This document shows, piece by piece, positions 13,674 through 24,486 of a stretch of 45,682 nt of DNA. Every line of letters begins with the position of its first letter. Position 1 is the first letter of the stretch. This DNA comes from Steroidobacteraceae bacterium (lineage in GTDB: Bacteria > Pseudomonadota > Gammaproteobacteria > Steroidobacterales > Steroidobacteraceae). The position numbers and the translations under genes are program-made. A model generated the notes under the pieces. The model did not search any database, was not told the origin of the DNA, and worked only from the letters and a program-made list of their open reading frames with translations. The stretch lies in assembly GCA_013044085.1 (NCBI GenBank), contig JABEVI010000280.1, positions 1 to 45,682 of the forward strand. Direction: 5' to 3'.

Positions 13674-14851
13674 GCCGACCCCGCCCGCCCGAGAAGCTCG
13701 GCGATCGCCCGCGCGGCGCTCGTGCTCGCATCGAGGCGCAAACTGGCATGGATCGCCGTGAACTCTTCGATCAATTCCGCCCGCCGCGGCGCGTCATCCA
13801 GCCACATCAAGAGCTCCGCTCCGATCGACTCGGGGACGATGTCGTCCTGGAAATACTCGCCGACGAGCCGTCGTTGCGCAAGTAGGTTCGGCTGCGCAAA
13901 GTAGGGCGATTTGACCAGTTTGAAACGCCGCAGCACCCACGCGGTCAGGGCGGTGAGCCGATAGACCACGACCATCGGGCACTTGCACAGCGCCGCTTCC
14001 AGACTCGCGGTGCCGGAGGTGACCAAGGCCACATCGGCGGCGATCAACGCCTCCCGGGCCCGGCCGTCGATCAGGCGCACCGTGGCCGGCGTCGCGCCGA
14101 CACCAGCATCAGCGAAGGCGCCGAGCGCGGCGCGAAAGATCCCGTCCACCGCGCCGTTCGCCATCGGCGCGATGAACACCAAATCGGGCCGCCGCGCCGC
14201 CAGCCAGCGCACCGTCGCCGCAAAATCCGGCCCGAGCCGCCGCACCTCGCCGCGCCGGCTCCCCGGCAAGAGCGCCACCACGCGGGCATCGGCGGCAAGG
14301 CCGAGTGCGGCGCGCGCCGCCGCGCGGTCGACCTTGAGGGGAATCTGGTCGGCAAGCGGGTGGCCGACGAAGCGCGCCCGAAGGCCGTGCTCATCGTAGA
14401 ACGGCTTCTCGAAGGGCAGCAGGCACAGCACCAGGTCGACCGCCTCACGCATGCCGCGCACGCGCCCGCGCCGCCAGGCCCACACCTGGGGACTGACGTA
14501 TTGCACGCTCGGGATGCCCGCCGCACGCAGCCGGCGCGCGAGGCCGAGGTTGAATTCCGGGGCGTCGATGCCGACGAACACATCCGGTCGGGCGCCGATG
14601 AAGGCGCGACGCACGCGCGCGCGCAGGCGCACCAGGCGTGGCAGTTCGGCCAGGATTTCGAACAGCCCCATCAAGGCGAGCGACTCGGACGGCTCCCACT
14701 GCTCGCAGCCGGCGGCGCGCATCTTCGGTCCCGCGATCCCGAAGAAACGCGCCCGCGGGTCGAGCACGCGCAGGGATTCGATCAATGCCGCGCCGAGGGT
14801 GTCGCCGGAGGCCTCTCCCGCCACGAGACCGACCCGCAATGGATCCGGCAT
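13670..14851 (-). CDS. lpxB: lipid-A-disaccharide synthase
   Basis: [27 protein letters not shown] is the typical LpxB N-terminus. ATG 14851 lies 4 nt after the lpxA stop (14856-14858) and gives 393 aa. The track start at 14944 overlaps lpxA. Confidence 0.92.
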   Translation of the reverse strand: MPDPLRVGLVAGEASGDTLGAALIESLRVLDPRARFFGIAGPKMRAAGCEQWEPSESLALMGLFEILAELPRLVRLRARVRRAFIGARPDVFVGIDAPEFNLGLARRLRAAGIPSVQYVSPQVWAWRRGRVRGMREAVDLVLCLLPFEKPFYDEHGLRARFVGHPLADQIPLKVDRAAARAALGLAADARVVALLPGSRRGEVRRLGPDFAATVRWLAARRPDLVFIAPMANGAVDGIFRAALGAFADAGVGATPATVRLIDGRAREALIAADVALVTSGTASLEAALCKCPMVVVYRLTALTAWVLRRFKLVKSPYFAQPNLLAQRRLVGEYFQDDIVPESIGAELLMWLDDAPRRAELIEEFTAIHASLRLDASTSAARAIAELLGRAGSA

Positions 14852-14855
14852 GGCG

Positions 14856-15626
14856 CTACCGAACGATGCTGCGCGAGCTTTGCTTGATGAACGACACGAA
14901 CGGGACGATTTCAGCCTGATCGCGCGCCGCCCGCTCGAGCTCATCGAGCGCCGCGGCGAGCTTCAGGCCCGAGCGGTACAGCGTGCGGTAGGCGCGGCGG
15001 ATGTTGCGGATCTGGTCCGGGGAGAAGCCGCGGCGTTTCAGTCCTTCGCTGTTGACACTGTGCGGCACGGCCGGCTGGCCGATCGCCATCACGTAGGGCG
15101 GCACGTCGCGGGTCACCGCGGCGTTGTTGGCGATGAAACAATGCGCGCCGATCTTCACGTATTGATGCACGGCGGACAGGCCGCCGAAGATCACCCAGTC
15201 GCCGACCGTGACGTGGCCGCCGAGGGTTGCGCAGTTGGCCATCACGATCTGATCGCCGAGCTGGCAGTCGTGCGCGACATGGGCGTAGGCCATGAACAGA
15301 TTGTCGTTGCCGATCCGGGTGACGCCCTGGTCATGGGTGGTGCCGCGATTGACCGTGACGAATTCGCGGAACACGTTGCGATCGCCGATCTCCAGGCGCG
15401 TCGGCTCGCCGCGGTACTTCTTGTCCTGCGGGGCATCACCGATCGAGGTGAACTGGAAGATTTTGTTGTCACAACCGATTTGGGTCGGCCCGTTGATCAC
15501 CGCGTGCGGCCCGATCCAGGTGCCCTTGCCGACGCGCACGTCGGCTCCGATCAGCGTATAAGGCCCGACGTGGACATCCGCATCGATCCACGCCTGCGGC
15601 GAGACGATCGCGCGGGAATCGATCAT
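14856..15626 (-). CDS. lpxA: acyl-ACP--UDP-N-acetylglucosamine O-acyltransferase
   Basis: 256 aa. It has left-handed beta-helix hexapeptide repeats (MIDSRAIVSPQAWIDADVHVGPYTLIGADVRVG) and a C-terminal helical domain. Located in the fabZ-lpxA-lpxB context. Its ATG overlaps the fabZ stop (ATGA 15623-15626). Confidence 0.95.
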   Translation of the reverse strand: MIDSRAIVSPQAWIDADVHVGPYTLIGADVRVGKGTWIGPHAVINGPTQIGCDNKIFQFTSIGDAPQDKKYRGEPTRLEIGDRNVFREFVTVNRGTTHDQGVTRIGNDNLFMAYAHVAHDCQLGDQIVMANCATLGGHVTVGDWVIFGGLSAVHQYVKIGAHCFIANNAAVTRDVPPYVMAIGQPAVPHSVNSEGLKRRGFSPDQIRNIRRAYRTLYRSGLKLAAALDELERAARDQAEIVPFVSFIKQSSRSIVR

Positions 15627-16105
15627 TGCTCATCCCCGTTCTTCTCGACGGCGCGCGTCTCCGGAGCGACCATGACCTCGGCGGTCGCGACCTCGACCCC
15701 ATCGACCTCGGCCACGCACTGGAATTTCCAGATGCCCTTGAACGAGCGCATGAGGTTCGCCTTCAGGACGACCTGGTCACCGGGCTCGACGGGCTTGCGA
15801 AAGCGCGCCTTGTCGATGGCGACGAAATAAAAGCGCGTCTCCTTGTCCGGCACGACCCCCGCCGTCGTGAAGGCGAGCAGTCCGCATGCCTGCGCGAGCG
15901 CCTCGATGAGGATCACCCCGGGCATCACCGGCCGGTGCGGGAAATGGCCCGGAAAGAACGGCTCGTTGTAGGTCACGTTCTTCAGGGCGACGATGTGCGA
16001 ACCGGGAACGCACTCGCGCACCCGATCCACGAGCAGGAACGGATACCGGTGCGGCAGCTGCCGCATGATCGCCTCGATATCCAATGTCATCGGTTCGCTC
16101 ATCAA
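15623..16105 (-). CDS. fabZ: 3-hydroxyacyl-ACP dehydratase FabZ
   Basis: 160 aa. LPHRYPFLLVDRV and FFPGHFPHRPVMPGVILIEALAQ hot-dog motifs. Confidence 0.95.
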   Translation of the reverse strand: MMSEPMTLDIEAIMRQLPHRYPFLLVDRVRECVPGSHIVALKNVTYNEPFFPGHFPHRPVMPGVILIEALAQACGLLAFTTAGVVPDKETRFYFVAIDKARFRKPVEPGDQVVLKANLMRSFKGIWKFQCVAEVDGVEVATAEVMVAPETRAVEKNGDEQ

Positions 16106-16120
16106 TCACTCCTGCAAAAT

Positions 16121-17122
16121 TCAGGCTCCGTCCGGCCGGCGGGTCCGTCCCAGGCGCCGCAGCTGCGCGACGGTGCGCCGCCAGGCGGGCGTGTGCTCCG
16201 CGGGGATGCCCGAGGAGTAGCTGCCGCTTTCGCGGATCGAGGCGCTCACCAGTGTAAAGCCGGTCACCGCGACGTCGTCGGCGATCGTCAGGTGGCCGGC
16301 GAAGCCGACCATGCCGCCGATCATGCAGCGCTCGCCGATGGTCGTGCTGCCGGAGATGCCGGTGCAGGCCGCGATCGCCGTGTGCGCGCCGATCGTCACG
16401 TTGTGGGCCACCTGGATCTGATTGTCGAGCTTAACCCCGTCCGCGATCACGGTGTCATCGATCGCGCCGCGGTCGATGGTCGTGTTCGCGCCGATCTCGA
16501 CATCATCGCCGATGCGCACACCGCCTTGCTGCGCCACCTTGATCCAGGCCGCGCCATCACGGGCAAACCCGAATCCATCGGAACCGATCACGGCCCCCGG
16601 ATGCACGATGCAGCGCTCGCCGATGCACACCCGCGGGTGCACCGTGACGCGGGCGACGAGGTGCGAGTCGGCGCCGATGCGCGCGCCGCGCATCAGCACG
16701 CACCCCGGCCCGATCGAGACGCGCTCGCCGATCTCGACGTCCTCCTCGAGAATTGCGAGCGCCGCGACGCTCGAGGAATCCGGCACCCGCACCCGGGCAC
16801 CGATGATCGCGCTCGGGTGCACCCCGGGCTCGACGAGGGGCCGCGGGTGCAGCAGCGCGGCGATCCTCGCGTAGGCAAGGTAGGGATTCGCACCGATCAG
16901 CGCAGCCACCGGACAGGCGTCCGCGTCCTCCTCGCTGAGCACGACCGCGGTTGCCCGCGCGCCCTCCAGCTGCCGCCGGTAGCGGCTGTTGGCGAGAAAA
17001 CTCAGCGCCCCGGCGCCCGCCCCCGTGAGGGTCGCGACCCGCGAGACCCGCAGATCCGGGTTGCCCCGCAGGGTCAACCCGAATCGCACCGCCAACTCGC
17101 CGAGGCTGTGGTCGGTCTGCAC
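16121..17122 (-). CDS. lpxD: UDP-3-O-(3-hydroxyacyl)glucosamine N-acyltransferase
   Basis: 333 aa. The N-terminal domain (LGELAVRFGLTLRG...ANPYLAYARIAALL) is followed by long hexapeptide repeats. GTG start at 17122. Located in the skp-lpxD-fabZ context. Confidence 0.93.
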   Translation of the reverse strand: MQTDHSLGELAVRFGLTLRGNPDLRVSRVATLTGAGAGALSFLANSRYRRQLEGARATAVVLSEEDADACPVAALIGANPYLAYARIAALLHPRPLVEPGVHPSAIIGARVRVPDSSSVAALAILEEDVEIGERVSIGPGCVLMRGARIGADSHLVARVTVHPRVCIGERCIVHPGAVIGSDGFGFARDGAAWIKVAQQGGVRIGDDVEIGANTTIDRGAIDDTVIADGVKLDNQIQVAHNVTIGAHTAIAACTGISGSTTIGERCMIGGMVGFAGHLTIADDVAVTGFTLVSASIRESGSYSSGIPAEHTPAWRRTVAQLRRLGRTRRPDGA

Positions 17123-17159
17123 GGGTGTGCGCGTGTCGCGGCCGTTTGGGCCTCGAAGG

Positions 17160-17714
17160 CTATTTCTTGACCGCGCCAGCGGGCGCGCTCGAGAGCTTCG
17201 CCGGCTTGGTCATCAACAACGCGAGCACGCCCGGGGTGATGTCGTAGCTTTCCTTGGCGAAGAACACACCGTCGCCGAAGACGATGTCATAGCCCTTCGA
17301 CTTCGAGTAAGCCTGGATTTCCTGGAGCAGGAAATGCTGCACCTTGCCGAGTTCCTCGTTGCGCTGCGCGGACACGTCGTTCTGAAACGAGTGCGCCTTG
17401 GCCTGGAAAACGCTTTGCTCGTCGCGCAGCGCGCTCTCGGCCTTGATGCGCGCGGCATCGGCCATCATCGGGCCGTTCTTCTGCAGATTGGCGGCCTTGG
17501 ACTTCAGGTCGCTCTGCATGCTCAAAAGCTCGCGTCGGCGCGGCGCGAACTCGGTTTCCAGGGACTGCATCGCCGACTTCGTCTGCGGGGCTTCCTGTAG
17601 CAGCTGTTGAAAGTTGACGACGCCGATCTTGGTTTGCGCGTTGGCGCCCTGGGCGACGGCGAGTCCGCACAGGCACAGGGCCAGCAGCGGCAGCGAACGG
17701 GTAAAGGTCGACAT
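17160..17714 (-). CDS. skp: periplasmic chaperone Skp (OmpH family)
   Basis: ATG 17714 gives MSTFTRSLPLLALCLCGLAVAQGANAQ (signal peptide). It is followed by KIGVVNFQQLL and a long helical, Gln/Lys-rich body typical of Skp. Located between bamA and lpxD. Confidence 0.8.
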   Translation of the reverse strand: MSTFTRSLPLLALCLCGLAVAQGANAQTKIGVVNFQQLLQEAPQTKSAMQSLETEFAPRRRELLSMQSDLKSKAANLQKNGPMMADAARIKAESALRDEQSVFQAKAHSFQNDVSAQRNEELGKVQHFLLQEIQAYSKSKGYDIVFGDGVFFAKESYDITPGVLALLMTKPAKLSSAPAGAVKK

Positions 17715-17746
17715 GTTGACTCTGAGTCCTCGCATGATGGTTGGGT

Positions 17747-20299
17747 TCAAAACGCTTGTCCGATGGAAAATTGAAATCGCTCAGTCTGATCGCCGAACTG
17801 GACCGTATTGCCCGGATTGGGGTTCAACGGAATGGCGTAGGAGAACCGGAACAAACCGAGCGGCGCAAGCCACTCCACCGCCAAGCCGGCCGAACGTCTG
17901 AGGTTATTATAGCTGAAATGATAGGTGACCGGCGTCGCGGCGTCGACACCCAGGAATTGGATCTTGTTGCCGGTCTGGAAAACGTTGCCCATATCGTAGA
18001 AGACGCTCACCCGGGCCGCGCTCTGCCACTTCTCCGGCACCGGCAGGATCAATTCCAAGCGGTTGACCGTGAGCAAGTTTCCGCCGAGCGGATTGCCGAT
18101 GCCGATGTTGTCCCGGGGGCCGAGGGTCGAGGCCCGGTAGCCGCGGACGCTGTCCGGGCCGCCGGCGTAATAATTCATGTACGGCGGCAACGCGGTCGTA
18201 TGGCCGAGCGAGGAGGCGTAGTCGACCTGGGCATTCTCCGAGATCAGGAACCGGCCCCACAGCGGCACGTACTTGACGAACTGGTAGCTGAGCGCGTAGT
18301 AGCGGACGTTGCTCGGCGGAATCGCCAGCCGCGCCGAGAACGCGTTGCGCATGCCGCGGGTCGCGAACAGCGCCCTGTTGCGCGAATCCATCGACCAGCC
18401 GGCGGTGAGCTCGTAGGTGTAGAAATCCGTGCCGTAGACCGTGTACGGGGCATCGAGCGAGTTGATGACGCCATCGCCATTGGTGTCGCCGATCACGCGC
18501 GAGAAGGTGTTGCCGTTCGACCTGACCCAGTTGACCGCCTGCTGCGCACTGTAGCCCTGGGAAGTGACCAGCGAGTTCTTGTTCGCCGAGAGGCCGAGTT
18601 CGACGTACTGGTACTCGCTGATCGGATAGGCGTACAACAGGGCCGCGGTCAGCTGTTTGGTGCCGAACACCGACGAGGAGGACACGAACTGCGTGACGTC
18701 GCGGTAGGTGAAGGACAGCGTGCGCGAGACCCCGTCGATGGTCGTGTACGGATTGGTCTCCGAGAAGGTGTAGGTCTTGGCGTACTTGCCGGCGTTGATG
18801 TCGAGCGCAATGCGATCGCCCGTGCCCATGAAATTGCTGTGCACGAAATTGCCGTTCAGGCTGATGCCATAGGTGCCCGAATAGCCGATGCCGCCGCCGA
18901 ACTGGCCGGGCAGACCCTCCTTGATCTTGTAGTTGACGTCCACCATGTCGTCGCTGCCGGCCACCGGCTTGGTGCTGTAGCTGACCTTCTTGACGAACGG
19001 CAGGCGTTGAATGCGCTGCTTGGAGCGCTGGAGCGCGGAGTTCGACAGCCAGCCGCCCTCGAGCTGGCGCATCTCGCGGCGCAGCGTCTCATCGTTGATG
19101 GCGGACTCGTTGGTGAAGTTGATGTGCCGCACGTAGACCCGCTTGCCGGGCTCGACGTAGAAGGTGAGCGACACGGTCTTGTCCTTCTTGTCGGCGGTCG
19201 GCACCGGCTCGACCTTCGAGAAGGCGTAGCCGTCCGCGCCGAGGCGGTAACGGATCAGCTCCTGGGACTTGGAGATCAACTGGCGCGAGTAGATCTCGCC
19301 CGGCTTGATCAGCAGCAGCTTGCGCAGCACCGGCTCGGGCACGACCATGCGCCCGGCGAGCTTGACCTGGGAGACACGGAACACATCGCCCTGGTGGATG
19401 TTCACCGTGATGAACATGTTGTGTTTGGCGGGCGTGATCTGCACCTGGGTCGACTCGATCTGGAAATTCGCGTAGCCGCGATCCATGAAGTAGGAGCGGA
19501 TCCGCTCCAGATCGCCGCGCAGGGTGTCGCGCGAATAACGGTCATCCTGTTTGTACCAGGACAACCAGTTAGGGGTCTTCAGGTGCAACGTGTCGAGGAT
19601 GTCCTTTTCCTTGAAGGCCGTGTTGCCGACGATGTTGATCTCACGGACCACCGCACGCTTGCCTTCGATGATGTGGACGGCGACGTCGACCTTGTTGTCG
19701 GGCCGCGGTTCGACTTTCGCGGTGATTTGCACCGCGTACTTGCCGCGGCTGAAGTACTGGTCGGTCAGGTACTGCTTGACCTCGTCGAGCACCGAGCGAT
19801 CGAAGATCTTCCCCTCGGCGAGGCCGACGTCGCGAAGACTCTTCTTCAGTTGCGGAGTCTTGATCTCCTTGTTGCCCTTGATCGTGAACTTCTCGATCGA
19901 GGGGCGCTCTATCACGACCACGATCAGGGTGTTGCCTTCGCGGCGCATCTCGACGTCGCGGAAGAAGCCGGTCGCGTACAGCGCCCGCATGCCCTCGCGG
20001 ATGGCCGCCGGAGTGAGGTGATCGCCGATGTTGATCGGCAGGTAGTTGAACACCGTGCCTTCGGAGATGCGCTGCAAACCCTGGACGCGGATGTCGCCGA
20101 CGACGAAGTCGGCCGGATTCGACGGCGCACTGGCAACGGGCTGCGCCGCGGGCGGTGCCGACGGTGCGGATGGCGGCCGTAGCGACGCGGGCGGCGTATC
20201 CGCCTGCGGCTCGGCCGCAGCGGCCGCCTGCGCATGCGCGGCGCTCAACGGCTGGACGGCGAGGGCCATCGCGCCGAGCAAACCGAGTTCAAACCGCAC
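17747..20299 (-). CDS. bamA: outer membrane protein assembly factor BamA
   Basis: 850 aa. It has a signal peptide, POTRA repeats (VGDIRVQGLQRISEGTVFNYLPINIGD) and a C-terminal Omp85 barrel ending FSIGQAF. The track start is GTG 20299. No strong SD is seen, so the exact start is uncertain (alternative ATG 20269). Confidence 0.94.
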   Translation of the reverse strand: MRFELGLLGAMALAVQPLSAAHAQAAAAAEPQADTPPASLRPPSAPSAPPAAQPVASAPSNPADFVVGDIRVQGLQRISEGTVFNYLPINIGDHLTPAAIREGMRALYATGFFRDVEMRREGNTLIVVVIERPSIEKFTIKGNKEIKTPQLKKSLRDVGLAEGKIFDRSVLDEVKQYLTDQYFSRGKYAVQITAKVEPRPDNKVDVAVHIIEGKRAVVREINIVGNTAFKEKDILDTLHLKTPNWLSWYKQDDRYSRDTLRGDLERIRSYFMDRGYANFQIESTQVQITPAKHNMFITVNIHQGDVFRVSQVKLAGRMVVPEPVLRKLLLIKPGEIYSRQLISKSQELIRYRLGADGYAFSKVEPVPTADKKDKTVSLTFYVEPGKRVYVRHINFTNESAINDETLRREMRQLEGGWLSNSALQRSKQRIQRLPFVKKVSYSTKPVAGSDDMVDVNYKIKEGLPGQFGGGIGYSGTYGISLNGNFVHSNFMGTGDRIALDINAGKYAKTYTFSETNPYTTIDGVSRTLSFTYRDVTQFVSSSSVFGTKQLTAALLYAYPISEYQYVELGLSANKNSLVTSQGYSAQQAVNWVRSNGNTFSRVIGDTNGDGVINSLDAPYTVYGTDFYTYELTAGWSMDSRNRALFATRGMRNAFSARLAIPPSNVRYYALSYQFVKYVPLWGRFLISENAQVDYASSLGHTTALPPYMNYYAGGPDSVRGYRASTLGPRDNIGIGNPLGGNLLTVNRLELILPVPEKWQSAARVSVFYDMGNVFQTGNKIQFLGVDAATPVTYHFSYNNLRRSAGLAVEWLAPLGLFRFSYAIPLNPNPGNTVQFGDQTERFQFSIGQAF

Positions 20300-20390
20300 G
20301 CGTAGAGGACCGTCTGGATTTTTGAGCGGGAGCGCAGCCCTGCGGGTGCGCCGGGTGAGCCTCGATATTACGATATGGCATGGTTTCCCA

Positions 20391-21758
20391 TCAGTTCCAA
20401 TGTCTTGAAAGGTCGTTGTAGAACGCGAGGCTCATCAACAATACCAGCAACGCGATCCCAAGTTGCTGGCCAAAGATCTGCATTCTCTCCGAAAGAGGGC
20501 TTCCCTTGACGGCCTCGATGAGTTGATAGACCACCTGGCCGCCGTCGAGCAGGGGTACCGGCGCGAGATTCAGCACACCGAGGCTGACGCTGATCACCGC
20601 CAGGAAGGACAAGAAGGCGCTGAGCCCCAGGTAAGCGCTGATGCCGGCGAACTCGGCGATGCTGATCGGTCCGCTGATGTTGCGCGCCGAGACCGCACCG
20701 GTGGCGATACGCCAGAGCATCTGCACCGTCAACGCCGACATCTGCCAGGTTTGGTCGATGCCGTTCGAGAGCGCCCGCAGGGGCCCTGCCCTGCGCTCGC
20801 TGAGCAGACCGGCCGGCCAGCTGCGCGGCCCCTCGGCGATCGTGATGCCGAGCCGGCCGATCGTGCGGCCATCTTGGCGCACGGCGGGCACCTCAACCGT
20901 CAGTGTGAGGGGCGCGCCGTGGCGCAGCACGCCGATGCGGATGCGCTGCCCGGCCGCGGCGCTGATCGCATCGATGAAGGCCATGCTGTTGGCAAGCTTT
21001 GCCCCGTCGACCGACACCAGACGGTCACCGGGCTCGAGGCCGGCGCGCGCTCCGGCACTGCCCGCAGGCACGGTGTGCACGGTCGTTGCCGCCGTGTAGC
21101 TCGCCAGGTCGAAGCCGAGTCCGGGCAGGAGTTTGCCCGGCGCCGTCAGCGGCAGCCGGTCGCCGGTGTATTGGAGGGTCAGCAGGCGCGGCTCGCGGTC
21201 GCGCCGTACCACCAAGGGAATCGGCTTACCGCTCGAGAAACGGCTGAGCAGCGCCATCTGCAGCTCCCCGGTGTCGGGGGTCGGGTGGGTGCCGATTTGA
21301 AGGATCTCATCGCCGCTGCGCAAGCCGGCGATCGCCGCCGGGCTGCCGGGCCGGACATCGCCGACGACCGGTTTGAGCACTTGCGTGCCGATCATCGCAA
21401 GCACCGCATAGAGGAGCACGGCAAACAGCAGATTCATCGAAGGGCCCGCGAGCAGCACCGCGACACGCTGCCAAATCGGCCGTCGCGTGAAGGAGCGCGG
21501 CAATTCGCCGGCCTCGACCTCGCCCTCGCGTTCATCGAGCAACTTGACATAACCACCGAGCGGGATCGCGGCAATGCAATATTCGGTGCGATCCGGCGCC
21601 CGGCCGATCTTCGTGATCAGGGGTTTGCCAAAACCGATGCTGAAGCGCAGCACCTTGAAGCCGAGCCGCTTCGCGACCCAGTAGTGGCCGAACTCGTGCA
21701 CCGTGACCAGGATACCGATCGCGGCCAGGAAGGCGCCCACAAAGACCAGGATTCTCAT
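20391..21758 (-). CDS. rseP: RIP zinc metalloprotease RseP
   Basis: 455 aa. [13 protein letters not shown] zinc motif in TM1, central PDZ region, C-terminal [12 protein letters not shown] motif. Its ATG overlaps the dxr stop (ATGA 21755-21758). Confidence 0.93.
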   Translation of the reverse strand: MRILVFVGAFLAAIGILVTVHEFGHYWVAKRLGFKVLRFSIGFGKPLITKIGRAPDRTEYCIAAIPLGGYVKLLDEREGEVEAGELPRSFTRRPIWQRVAVLLAGPSMNLLFAVLLYAVLAMIGTQVLKPVVGDVRPGSPAAIAGLRSGDEILQIGTHPTPDTGELQMALLSRFSSGKPIPLVVRRDREPRLLTLQYTGDRLPLTAPGKLLPGLGFDLASYTAATTVHTVPAGSAGARAGLEPGDRLVSVDGAKLANSMAFIDAISAAAGQRIRIGVLRHGAPLTLTVEVPAVRQDGRTIGRLGITIAEGPRSWPAGLLSERRAGPLRALSNGIDQTWQMSALTVQMLWRIATGAVSARNISGPISIAEFAGISAYLGLSAFLSFLAVISVSLGVLNLAPVPLLDGGQVVYQLIEAVKGSPLSERMQIFGQQLGIALLVLLMSLAFYNDLSRHWN

Positions 21759-22954
21759 GCCGAAGCTCCCTGCGCGGGCTCGATCAGGGCGTGCGCCAGC
21801 CCTCGCGCGGCGGCGTCCGCGTCCAGCACATCGCCGAGATCCCGGACCGGGCAGGCGTCGAGGCGTTGCAAGACTTGGTCAATGACCGCGGCAATGCCGG
21901 TAAAGTTCAAGCGCCGTTCGAGAAAGGCCTGCACGGCGACCTCGTTGGCGGCGTTCAACACCGCGGGGGCCGTGCCGCCGGCGCGCGCCGCCGCCCGGGC
22001 AAGGCCGAGGCTCGGGAAGCGCACATGATCGGGCGGCTCGAAATCCAGGCGCGCCACCGCGGCCAGATCCAGGGCATCGACGCCCGAGGCGATGCGCTCC
22101 GGCCACGCGAGCGCCTGCGCGATCGGTGTGCGCATGTCCGGCGCACCAAGCTGGGCGAGCACCGAACCGTCGACGTACTGGACCAGGGAGTGCACGACAC
22201 TTTGGGGATGCACGACGATCTCGACGCGAGCTTCCGGCAGGCCGAACAACCAGGTCGCCTCGATCACCTCGAGACCCTTGTTCATGAGCGTCGCCGAGTC
22301 GACCGAGATCTTGCGGCCCATTTTCCACTTCGGGTGGGCGCAGGCCTGTTGCGGCGTAACATTCGCGAGCAGCGCAGGATCGGTGGTGCGAAACGGCCCG
22401 CCCGAGGCGGTCAGGATCACGTGGGCGACACCGCGCGCCGGCTCGCCGGCAAGATAGCCGGCCGGCATGCACTGAAAGATCGCGTTGTGTTCGCTGTCGA
22501 TCGGGATGAGCACGGCGCCGGCCGCACGCGCCTCATCGATCATCAGGCGTCCGGCCATCACCAGCGCCTCCTTGTTCGCGAGCAGCACGCGCTTGCCGGC
22601 GCGCACCGCGGCGAGCGTCGGCAACAGCCCGGCGGCGCCGACGATGGCCGCCATCACGGTGTCCACCTCGGGAGCACGCACGGCCGCCGCGTGTGCCTCC
22701 TCGCCCGATTCCACCCGGCAGTTCGAGCCGGCCTCGCGCAGCCGCGCGCGCGCCTTGTCGGCGGCGGCCGGGTCGGTGAGGATCACCGTGTCGGGTGAGA
22801 ATTGCAGCGCCTGCTCGACGATCTTCTCCCAACCGGAGCGGGCGCCCAAGGAACGGACCCGATACAGGTCCGGGTGCCGGGCGAGCACATCGAGGGTGCT
22901 CACGCCGATGCTGCCGGTGGAACCGAGAATCGCGATGCCGTGTGGCGCGCTCAT
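21755..22954 (-). CDS. dxr: 1-deoxy-D-xylulose 5-phosphate reductoisomerase
   Basis: 399 aa. [20 protein letters not shown]-binding start, plus LANKEALV and [11 protein letters not shown] motifs. Its ATG overlaps the cdsA stop (ATGA 22951-22954). Confidence 0.96.
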   Translation of the reverse strand: MSAPHGIAILGSTGSIGVSTLDVLARHPDLYRVRSLGARSGWEKIVEQALQFSPDTVILTDPAAADKARARLREAGSNCRVESGEEAHAAAVRAPEVDTVMAAIVGAAGLLPTLAAVRAGKRVLLANKEALVMAGRLMIDEARAAGAVLIPIDSEHNAIFQCMPAGYLAGEPARGVAHVILTASGGPFRTTDPALLANVTPQQACAHPKWKMGRKISVDSATLMNKGLEVIEATWLFGLPEARVEIVVHPQSVVHSLVQYVDGSVLAQLGAPDMRTPIAQALAWPERIASGVDALDLAAVARLDFEPPDHVRFPSLGLARAAARAGGTAPAVLNAANEVAVQAFLERRLNFTGIAAVIDQVLQRLDACPVRDLGDVLDADAAARGLAHALIEPAQGASA

Positions 22955-23760
22955 TTGAACAACCCCGAACCGAACAAACCGAGCGCGTACAGCGGCGCTG
23001 CCGCCGAGATGCTGTCGATGCGATCGAGGATACCGCCATGCCCCGGCAACAGGGCGCTGCTATCCTTCAGGCCCGCGGCGCGCTTGAACATGCTCTCCGT
23101 CAGATCGCCAACGACCGAGACCAGACCGAGCGCGCAGCCGAAACCGATCGCGACCGCGACCGACACATGAAAGGCCAGGCCGCCGCAGCCGGCGATGAGC
23201 GCGACCGCGAGCAGTCCGCCGATCAGGCCTTCCCAGGTCTTGCTCGGGCTGACCTGGGGCGCAAGCTTGAGCCGACCGAAGCGGCGGCCGGCGAAGTAGG
23301 CGCCGATGTCGGCGGCAAATACCAGCAGCAACAGCCACAGCACCGCGAGCGAACCGCTCATCGTGCCGCGACCGGCCTGGACGCGTGCGAGCGCGACGAA
23401 TGCCGGCACCAGCACCGCGATCCCACAGAGCAGCGTCAGCCCCGGCCACTGCCGGCGCGGCGCCATCGTGACCCACAGGAAGGCCGCCACCCACCACAGA
23501 CAGGCCGCGCGCAACAACAGAAGAAGGTGCGCGGCCGAGGCGCTGTAGGACCAGGCGAGCGCGAGCAGCACGCCGCTCCCGAGCGCGTAGACGGTGCGCG
23601 CGGGCAAGGCGCGCAGGCCGCCAAAGCCGGCCCATTCCCAGGCGGCACCCACGAAGACGAGCCCGAATACCACCCGGGTGAGCGCCGCGGGCAGCGCAAA
23701 CAACACGGCCAACAGCAAGACGCCGAGAATCACGGCGGTGAGGATGCGCGTCTTAAGCAT
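22951..23760 (-). CDS. cdsA: phosphatidate cytidylyltransferase (CDP-diglyceride synthase)
   Basis: ATG 23760 gives [21 protein letters not shown]. It is multi-TM and has the C-terminal signature [10 protein letters not shown]...[33 protein letters not shown]. It overlaps the uppS 3' end by 8 nt. The track start at 23874 lies inside uppS. Confidence 0.88.
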   Translation of the reverse strand: MLKTRILTAVILGVLLLAVLFALPAALTRVVFGLVFVGAAWEWAGFGGLRALPARTVYALGSGVLLALAWSYSASAAHLLLLLRAACLWWVAAFLWVTMAPRRQWPGLTLLCGIAVLVPAFVALARVQAGRGTMSGSLAVLWLLLLVFAADIGAYFAGRRFGRLKLAPQVSPSKTWEGLIGGLLAVALIAGCGGLAFHVSVAVAIGFGCALGLVSVVGDLTESMFKRAAGLKDSSALLPGHGGILDRIDSISAAAPLYALGLFGSGLFK

Positions 23761-24484
23761 CGCTGGGCGCACCGACCTGGGCGGAGGTCCTGCCGAAGCG
23801 GCGCTCCCGGCGCGCGAAGAAATCGAAGGCCTCCGCCAGGTGCGCGCTCGAGAACTCGGGCCACAGCACCTCACTGAAATAAAGCTCCGTGTAGGCCAGA
23901 TTCCACAACAGGAAATTGCTGATCCGCCGCTCGCCGCCGGTGCGGATCAACAGATCCGGGTCGGGCACGCCGGCGAGCGCGAGGCGGCCGCCAAGCAGCG
24001 CATCGTCGATCTCGGCGCTGCGCAAGCGGCCCGCGGCGACCTCGTCGGCGATCGAACGGCAGGCCTGGGTAATGTCCCAGCGGCCGCCGTAGGCGACCGC
24101 CACGATCAATTCCAAGCCCGGATTGTCCGCGGTCAGGTGTTCCGCCGCGAGCATCCGCGCGCTCAGTTCGGCGCCGAGAGCCTCGCGGTCGCCGATGAAC
24201 CGTAGCCGCACCTTGTTGCGATGCAGCGCATCGACTTCGCGCACCAAGGCGTCGAGGAACAGACTCATGAGCATGCCCACCTCGTCGGGCGGGCGCCGCC
24301 AGTTCTCGCTGCTGAAGGCGAACAGCGTCAGGTAGCGCACGCCGCGGCCATCGCACTCCTCGACGACGCGGCGCACGACCTTCAGGCTCGAGCGATGCCC
24401 GGCCGGCCGCGGCAGGCCGCGCGAGCGCGCCCAGCGGCCGTTGCCGTCCATGATGATCGCGACGTGGTGCGGCGAGTCCGGCAT
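23753..24484 (-). CDS. uppS: ditrans,polycis-undecaprenyl-diphosphate synthase
   Basis: 243 aa. HVAIIMDGNGRWA, LTLFAFSSENWRRP and RTGGERRISNFLLWNLAYTELYF motifs. Confidence 0.95.
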   Translation of the reverse strand: MPDSPHHVAIIMDGNGRWARSRGLPRPAGHRSSLKVVRRVVEECDGRGVRYLTLFAFSSENWRRPPDEVGMLMSLFLDALVREVDALHRNKVRLRFIGDREALGAELSARMLAAEHLTADNPGLELIVAVAYGGRWDITQACRSIADEVAAGRLRSAEIDDALLGGRLALAGVPDPDLLIRTGGERRISNFLLWNLAYTELYFSEVLWPEFSSAHLAEAFDFFARRERRFGRTSAQVGAPSDA

Positions 24485-24486
24485 GC

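Noticed and set aside
17741-20182. An 813-aa plus-strand ORF antisense to bamA.
   Set aside because: This is the same high-GC antisense artefact. The composition is low-complexity (R, A, G, D, V) and no motifs are present. The bamA frame is unambiguous.
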